This document shows positions 28,208-32,000 of a stretch of 32,000 nucleotides of DNA, in pieces. Source of the stretch: Telmatocola sphagniphila (GTDB lineage Bacteria; Planctomycetota; Planctomycetia; Gemmatales; Gemmataceae). Where the stretch lies: NCBI RefSeq assembly GCF_018398935.1, contig NZ_CP074694.1, forward strand, positions 3,420,001 through 3,452,000, read 5' to 3'. Below the pieces are notes generated by a model. The model did no database searches. It saw only the letters and a program-made list of their open reading frames with translations, and was not told where the DNA came from. Made by a program: the position numbers and the translations under genes. How positions within the stretch are numbered: the stretch's first letter is position 1; each line of letters starts with the position of its first letter.

Positions 28208-29293
28208 TTATTGCGTAACTTTGGCTTTCAGAGCTTCTAACTTCTTCCGGATCTTTTTGTCTTGTTCCTTCGCCAGGCGATCTTCGAGGAACTTCTGAAA
28301 TTCCTTGCTCTTCACACTCTTTACGAAAGCCACCAGTCGATCTTGGTATTTCGGAATCGGCTTATCGTCGGGCTTTCGGGTGATCTCATTGATGTCCATC
28401 CAGCTGAGCAACCGCTCAAAGTAGCCATCGGGAGGATCTGCAAGCTCTATTCTCTTACGGGCCTCCATCAGTACCAAAACCAAATCGCAGCAGGAACCTC
28501 GAATCTCCGCATCGGAATGGGTCAAACATTTTTTTATCGCGTCAAAGAATTCGACGGGAGAGATCTCGGCGTGATTGAGTAAAGTGGGTGTGATATTTAA
28601 AGAGAGCCGAAAGATATTGCCCTCCGGATCGCCCGCATCCGATCGCTTGAATCCGAAAGCTTCGCTCCAATGAGACTTCCCCATCTCGAGGGCATACAGC
28701 AAGTAGTCTTCGATATTGCGTTGGATGCGAAGCAAACTGAGATGAGCATTGGCGCTTATGGTTGGCACTCGATCGGATCGAGCCATCTTCAGGAGAAGCA
28801 GTACGCGTTCCTCCTTTGGAAAGTTAGCGGCCAAGACCAAAAGCATTTCCTGGCGAACCGTAAAGTTTTTCGACGTCGCATGTTTCAAAAGCAAACCGAG
28901 GGATTCCTCGGGGACCTTGGGAAGCACAACTAGTAAATGACAAACTTGTTCCTGGATTTCTTCGTCGGGATCGTCCAGGTATTTGAGAATGGCAAGCGGG
29001 AAGATTTTCTCCTTTTTGTCTATGAAAATAGCGGCCCAACAAGAAATTGCTTTAACCCGAACCGGCGGGAGTTTATCTTCCTTGAGTAGCTTTTCAAAAA
29101 TCGAGACAGCTTCTTTTTCGCCGAGGAAGCGCCAATTCTTCCGCAACATCTTCATGGCGGCGAGTCGATCTTCGGTAGAGTTCTCGACGCCGAGTTTCTT
29201 CTTGGCGTTCTCGATTTCTTCCGGCTTAGGATCGTCGGACCAGGCTACCTGAGCCAAGAAAAGAGCCAGAAGAACGGTTAATTTGCGGAACAT
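28208..29293 (-). CDS. Secreted HEAT/armadillo-like repeat protein (hypothetical)
   Basis: The start is moved to ATG 29293, giving signal peptide MFRKLTVLLALFLAQVAWSD. The protein is all-alpha and K/E/L-rich with HEAT-like units (LDDPDEEIQEQVCHLLVVL, SKNFTVRQEMLLVLA, SDRVPTISANAHLSLLRI, HSDAEIRGSCCDLVLVL). GC is visibly lower than in flanking core genes. Confidence 0.6.
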   Translation of the reverse strand: MFRKLTVLLALFLAQVAWSDDPKPEEIENAKKKLGVENSTEDRLAAMKMLRKNWRFLGEKEAVSIFEKLLKEDKLPPVRVKAISCWAAIFIDKKEKIFPLAILKYLDDPDEEIQEQVCHLLVVLPKVPEESLGLLLKHATSKNFTVRQEMLLVLAANFPKEERVLLLLKMARSDRVPTISANAHLSLLRIQRNIEDYLLYALEMGKSHWSEAFGFKRSDAGDPEGNIFRLSLNITPTLLNHAEISPVEFFDAIKKCLTHSDAEIRGSCCDLVLVLMEARKRIELADPPDGYFERLLSWMDINEITRKPDDKPIPKYQDRLVAFVKSVKSKEFQKFLEDRLAKEQDKKIRKKLEALKAKVTQ

Positions 29294-29526
29294 GATATCG
29301 ATTCCCGCTGAAGATCTGAAAGTGATAAATAGACCCCCGCATCGTTGCGATGTTAGTTTACTGAAGAATGCGTCGAGTCGTGATTCTCCTGAAATCGAGT
29401 ACCTCACGTACGAGCCGTGATTTCACAAAACGGGTATAAGGCTACGTGAAATGACTGATTTTGTAAGCCGAACTTTGCTAAGTCTTGATGTTGAGAAGCC
29501 CTCGGCAATAGTATCACCATTGGCGC

Positions 29527-29720
29527 CCGACGCATCAGATAGCCAGAGCCTCCTTCAGCCACCACTAGAGTACCAGATTTGCAAGGAAAACGCAATAAAA
29601 GTTGGGGGTGGATAAAGGATGGATTTGTGGGAACGAAAAGGCTATTTTGCAGACGCTCTGGCCTCTAGCCGGTGCCACCCAAAATAAGTCAGGACAATGG
29701 GTTAGGACAAGCGGAAGGGA
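29527..29720. repeat. 194-bp direct repeat, copy R2
   Basis: Same orientation as R1, with a start-to-start distance of 1543 bp. It lies 234 bp upstream of the HEAT-gene ATG; R1 lies 240 bp upstream of the SDR ATG. Confidence 0.9.
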
Positions 29721-29951
29721 CTGCGACCTTCCGTAGGGATGCAAGGATAGATGCCGAGGCGTGTCAGACCTGAGCGTGCAAATGTGCTGCATTAACTGTC
29801 GGGCGCGAGTCAAATCGATTAATTTCGTGCAGGGTTGCAAAAAGGTGCGAAATTCCCAGAGTAATAGTCAATTGAACGTAACACTTCGGACTGAGAACAA
29901 GGAAATAAGTAAGGTCCACCGACTTAATCCAGCGGAGGTCTAATCCGATCC

Positions 29952-30395
29952 ATGGCATTCCAAATGGAAGACCAGCAGGTTCATGATCGCTGGCGGAAGC
30001 TCGGTTATGAAAAACTCCTTCTCGAAGAGAAGGACTACATCATGATCTGGTGGCTGATTGCTGAAGTCAACAACGGTTCGTTCGCTCAGTATTTTTCCAA
30101 CGAAACCGGCGACCACGCTTTGCAAGCGACGAACGCCCTAAAGCTCTCCAATGCAATTCAGGGCGCGAAGATCTTGCAAGAGGCATTGGACTTGTTTCTG
30201 CCGGTTGGAGGCTATACCTCGAATTGGGAACTGCAAAACGAACTGATAAACAAGCTGGAGGAAAATTGCGATTCGCCACACGGCGCCTTTCGGGAGGTTA
30301 GCGACGCGCTGCAGGATGCAGACGAGCCGATTCTTGGCCTTGCCTTGGCGAATGTCAAGCTAGCCTACATGAGACATGGCATCCAGGAAGTGTAG
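29952..30395 (+). CDS. DUF4375 / DMP19 C-terminal domain-like protein
   Basis: 147 aa. The block IMIWWLIAEVNNGSFAQYFSNETGDHALQATNALKLSNAIQGAKILQEALDLF matches the family hallmark W...EVxNGGFxQ(Y/F)FxN..G followed by the helical A..L..A..LF segment, recalled from memory. Confidence 0.75.
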   Translation: MAFQMEDQQVHDRWRKLGYEKLLLEEKDYIMIWWLIAEVNNGSFAQYFSNETGDHALQATNALKLSNAIQGAKILQEALDLFLPVGGYTSNWELQNELINKLEENCDSPHGAFREVSDALQDADEPILGLALANVKLAYMRHGIQEV

Positions 30396-30510
30396 TCATA
30401 TCAGAGATTTGACACCGAACCAAAATCTGAAGTGATCCCTGACATCGGGACTTGGAGGCTCGCCAAAAATGCTTTGCTCACATCGACCAAGTTCGTCGAT
30501 CCAATTAAAC

Positions 30511-30527
30511 GCGGCGGGTCGGACCGG
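30511..30527 (+). repeat. Recurrent intergenic motif, copy A (GCGGCGGGTCGGACCGG), embedded in an AT-flanked imperfect palindrome
   Basis: Lies between convergent genes. The context AATTAAACGC-ggcgggtcggaccg-GCGTTAATT can fold as a bulged GC hairpin. Confidence 0.55.
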
Positions 30528-30554
30528 CGTTAATTTAACCCGAAATATTTTTGC

Positions 30555-30971
30555 TCATTCTAAACCAGACTCAATTTTTCTCTTCCACGAATTAAAATGA
30601 GTTAAATCTCCTACAAAATAAAAAACATAACCCTTTGAATCCGAACCACCGGCTCGCTTTGCTATCGTGAGGTCTGAAACAGTATCAAGACTTGCGTCTG
30701 GAATAGCTTCACCGTCGGCAAAAGACATGGATTTTGAGTGCCATTCATAGAGCAAATACTTATTTTTTATCCGGAGTACACCACTGTCGGGTATCTGAAG
30801 ACTCACCTGATTTTGAATAATCAGGATCTCTTCCCCGAGAGGATCATCGTGGTAAATTTTTATTTCCCCTTGAAAGCCAACCGGCAATGTTACCCGCACG
30901 TGGTGTCCCGCTTTATTGCAGCCGCACACTACGAGTATCAACACAAAAAACTTTAATTGGCGTATGCTCAT
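30555..30971 (-). CDS. Small putative lipoprotein (hypothetical)
   Basis: The start is moved to ATG 30971, giving MSIRQLKFFVLILVVCGCNKAG, a signal peptide with a lipobox-like VCGC. The protein is 138 aa and predicted beta-rich. It sits in an AT-rich segment (about 40-45% GC by eye). Confidence 0.55.
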   Translation of the reverse strand: MSIRQLKFFVLILVVCGCNKAGHHVRVTLPVGFQGEIKIYHDDPLGEEILIIQNQVSLQIPDSGVLRIKNKYLLYEWHSKSMSFADGEAIPDASLDTVSDLTIAKRAGGSDSKGYVFYFVGDLTHFNSWKRKIESGLE

Positions 30972-31300
30972 GACGGCACTTCTTTGACCTCGATAAAAGT
31001 GATCGAGATCCAATCAATTCCTGAATCCTGCGAGTCTAGAACCTAATAGAGCAACTGGGCTCTCTGTGCTGTAACTTTTAATATTTTAACCCTCTGAGCT
31101 GCTGTAAGTAAATACTTTCCAACGAAATCGAAATAGGGCTCTTGGGTCGAAAACCAACTCGCTACCTTGTAAACGAAATGGATGGCCCTTGCTAAACTGG
31201 AAATTGAAGTGGATCGATTCAAATTTATTTTTTGCAAAGCGACTCGGGCATTCTCAGCGGACCAGCTACTTCGTAACCTGATGGCGGATTGAATCCGAAT

Positions 31301-31319
31301 GCGGCGTGTCGGACCGAGG
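31301..31319 (+). repeat. Recurrent intergenic motif, copy B (GCGGCGTGTCGGACCGAGG)
   Basis: Same orientation as copies A and C. It is preceded by a perfect 13-nt palindrome, CGGATTGAATCCG, at 31285-31297. Confidence 0.55.
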
Positions 31320-31433
31320 TAGGTAGCTGCCTAAATGAAATTCAATGCTAGGATATTCTAATAGTGAGCAATCAGGTTTCATCGCAGGAGCGTTCTCAGT
31401 CACCTTCTTGTTGCCGACGCCTCCGAAGCGGAG

Positions 31434-31826
31434 GTGGTCGCATCATCCGCTGAGCCTGAGACGACCTGGGACAGCTTCTTTTGCCGTGGTCTGGATCGGC
31501 TTAAACTTGCAACCCTTTGGGCGTTGGCCGAAGCGGGCTCGGAGGATGATAGACTCGAACAGAGGCTCGACGCTATACGGACGATCCCAAATGGCGATCA
31601 AGATCCGTGGGTAGATATCGTACCTCCGAAAATGTTGGCCACACTCGCGGCAATCGCCATGATGGATGATAACGAGCAAGCATCTCTTGGGGAGAGTTGG
31701 GCCCAAACTGAAGAATTGGACGGGTGGGTAGCAACTGATGTTTTCAACTTGGTGCGGGATATCGGCGACTCCGCTGATTCCGCGCGGCTTGAAAACAAGA
31801 CGCTGCTCCTCTGGACCAGTCTATAA
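31434..31826 (+). CDS. Acidic hypothetical protein (130 aa), start uncertain
   Basis: The composition is protein-like (LDRLKLATLWALAEAGSEDDRLEQRLDAIRT...WVATDVFNLVRDIGDSADSA). The only canonical start in frame is GTG 31434, with no properly spaced RBS, so the gene may be 5'-degraded or use another start. No family was recognised. Confidence 0.4.
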   Translation: MVASSAEPETTWDSFFCRGLDRLKLATLWALAEAGSEDDRLEQRLDAIRTIPNGDQDPWVDIVPPKMLATLAAIAMMDDNEQASLGESWAQTEELDGWVATDVFNLVRDIGDSADSARLENKTLLLWTSL

Positions 31827-31894
31827 GGCGGTCGTATTCAGAGAATCGCTGTGTGATCCAGAATCACCGATACCGATTGTTTGAAGAACTCAAC

Positions 31895-31911
31895 ACGGCG
31901 TGTCGGACTGG
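31895..31911 (+). repeat. Recurrent intergenic motif, copy C (ACGGCGTGTCGGACTGG)
   Basis: Lies 68 nt downstream of the stop at 31826, in the same orientation as A and B. The 12-mer CGGCGTGTCGGA is shared exactly with B. Confidence 0.55.
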
Positions 31912-32000
31912 AATGCTGGTCGAATCAAAATTGCTCCGGCATTAAAGTATATCCGATTTCCAATCGGATGATCCACAACCAGAAGGGATCGTATCAATCC

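Noticed and set aside
29294-29407. The longer version of the HEAT-gene ORF starting at 29407 (adding 38 aa, MRYSISGESRLDAFF...)
   Set aside because: The internal ATG at 29293 yields a canonical signal peptide directly at the N-terminus. The extension has no features and would bury the signal peptide.
27984-29720. The 194-bp repeats as a template/variable repeat pair of a diversity-generating retroelement
   Set aside because: The 10 mismatches are not adenine-specific on either strand (R1 bases g,g,a,g,c,c,a,t,t,t). Neither copy lies at the 3' end of a target gene, and no reverse transcriptase is present.
29565-29840. A 91-aa minus-strand ORF running through repeat R2, with a matching open frame of about 52 codons and the same TAG stop in R1
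   Set aside because: The frame stays open in both copies, but the region upstream of the repeat (the putative N-terminus and start) is unrelated between copies. Substitutions are 7 nonsynonymous to 2 synonymous, consistent with neutrality. The peptide has no recognisable features. It is kept only as an alternative hypothesis under the repeat finding.
30500-30545. Motif A context as an integron attC site (ATTTAAC fits RYYYAAC; nearby GTTAAT)
   Set aside because: The palindrome is only about 33 nt, shorter than attC sites as I recall them. GTTAATT does not fit GTTRRRY. Copies B and C lack comparable inverted-repeat architecture. No intI or attI is in the window.
31043-31237. A 64-aa minus-strand ORF upstream of the lipoprotein gene
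   Set aside because: It starts only at TTG, with no internal Met and no RBS, and lies in AT-rich sequence where stop-free stretches are not informative. It cannot be supported as a gene.
31281-31300. tRNA-like T-arm resemblance (GGATTGAATCC) suggesting a tRNA fragment or att site
   Set aside because: No acceptor, anticodon or D-arm can be built around it. It is simply a 13-nt palindrome, CGGATTGAATCCG.
31345-31614. An 89-aa ATG-initiated ORF overlapping the 31434-31826 ORF in another frame
   Set aside because: The translation is R/P/S/W-rich and not protein-like. The overlapping frame gives a much more plausible acidic, helical sequence.
1-32000. CRISPR arrays, rRNA or tRNA genes, transposases, integrases and phage genes
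   Set aside because: None were seen. There are no regularly spaced short repeats, no T-loop/acceptor structures in intergenic regions, and no recombinase-like translations in the ORF track.

Overview
The gene content suggests a PVC-group bacterium, probably Planctomycetota. This is inferred from a giant PEP-CTERM/PATR surface protein, a DUF1080 protein, a GldA/F/G-like ABC cluster with DUF4340, and a tricorn-like protease. No rRNA, tRNA, CRISPR array, transposase or integrase was recognised. Bases 1-27.7 kb are densely packed core-type genes. They comprise a 5'-truncated surface protein of more than 2600 aa, rph, a PaaK-family ligase, ribD, a DUF1080 protein and a five-gene minus-strand envelope operon (ABC ATPase, ABC-2 permease, GldG-like, DUF4340, SPFH). 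After the operon come a tricorn-like S41 protease, an RluA-family pseudouridine synthase, an acyltransferase-3, a PSP1/RicT-like protein and a FabG-like SDR. From about 27.75 kb to the window end the character changes. GC is visibly lower, non-coding gaps are long, and the genes are small orphans: a secreted HEAT-repeat protein, a DUF4375/DMP19-like protein, a small lipoprotein and an acidic orphan. Two gap-free 194-bp direct repeats (about 95% identical) bracket the HEAT gene. A recurring motif of about 17 nt (core GTCGGAC) sits at the boundaries of the small gene units. These repeats and this cassette-like right-hand region are the most likely place for something undescribed. The five-gene ABC/GldG/DUF4340/SPFH operon is the second candidate. 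All calls come from reading the translations and sequence by eye; no searches were run.
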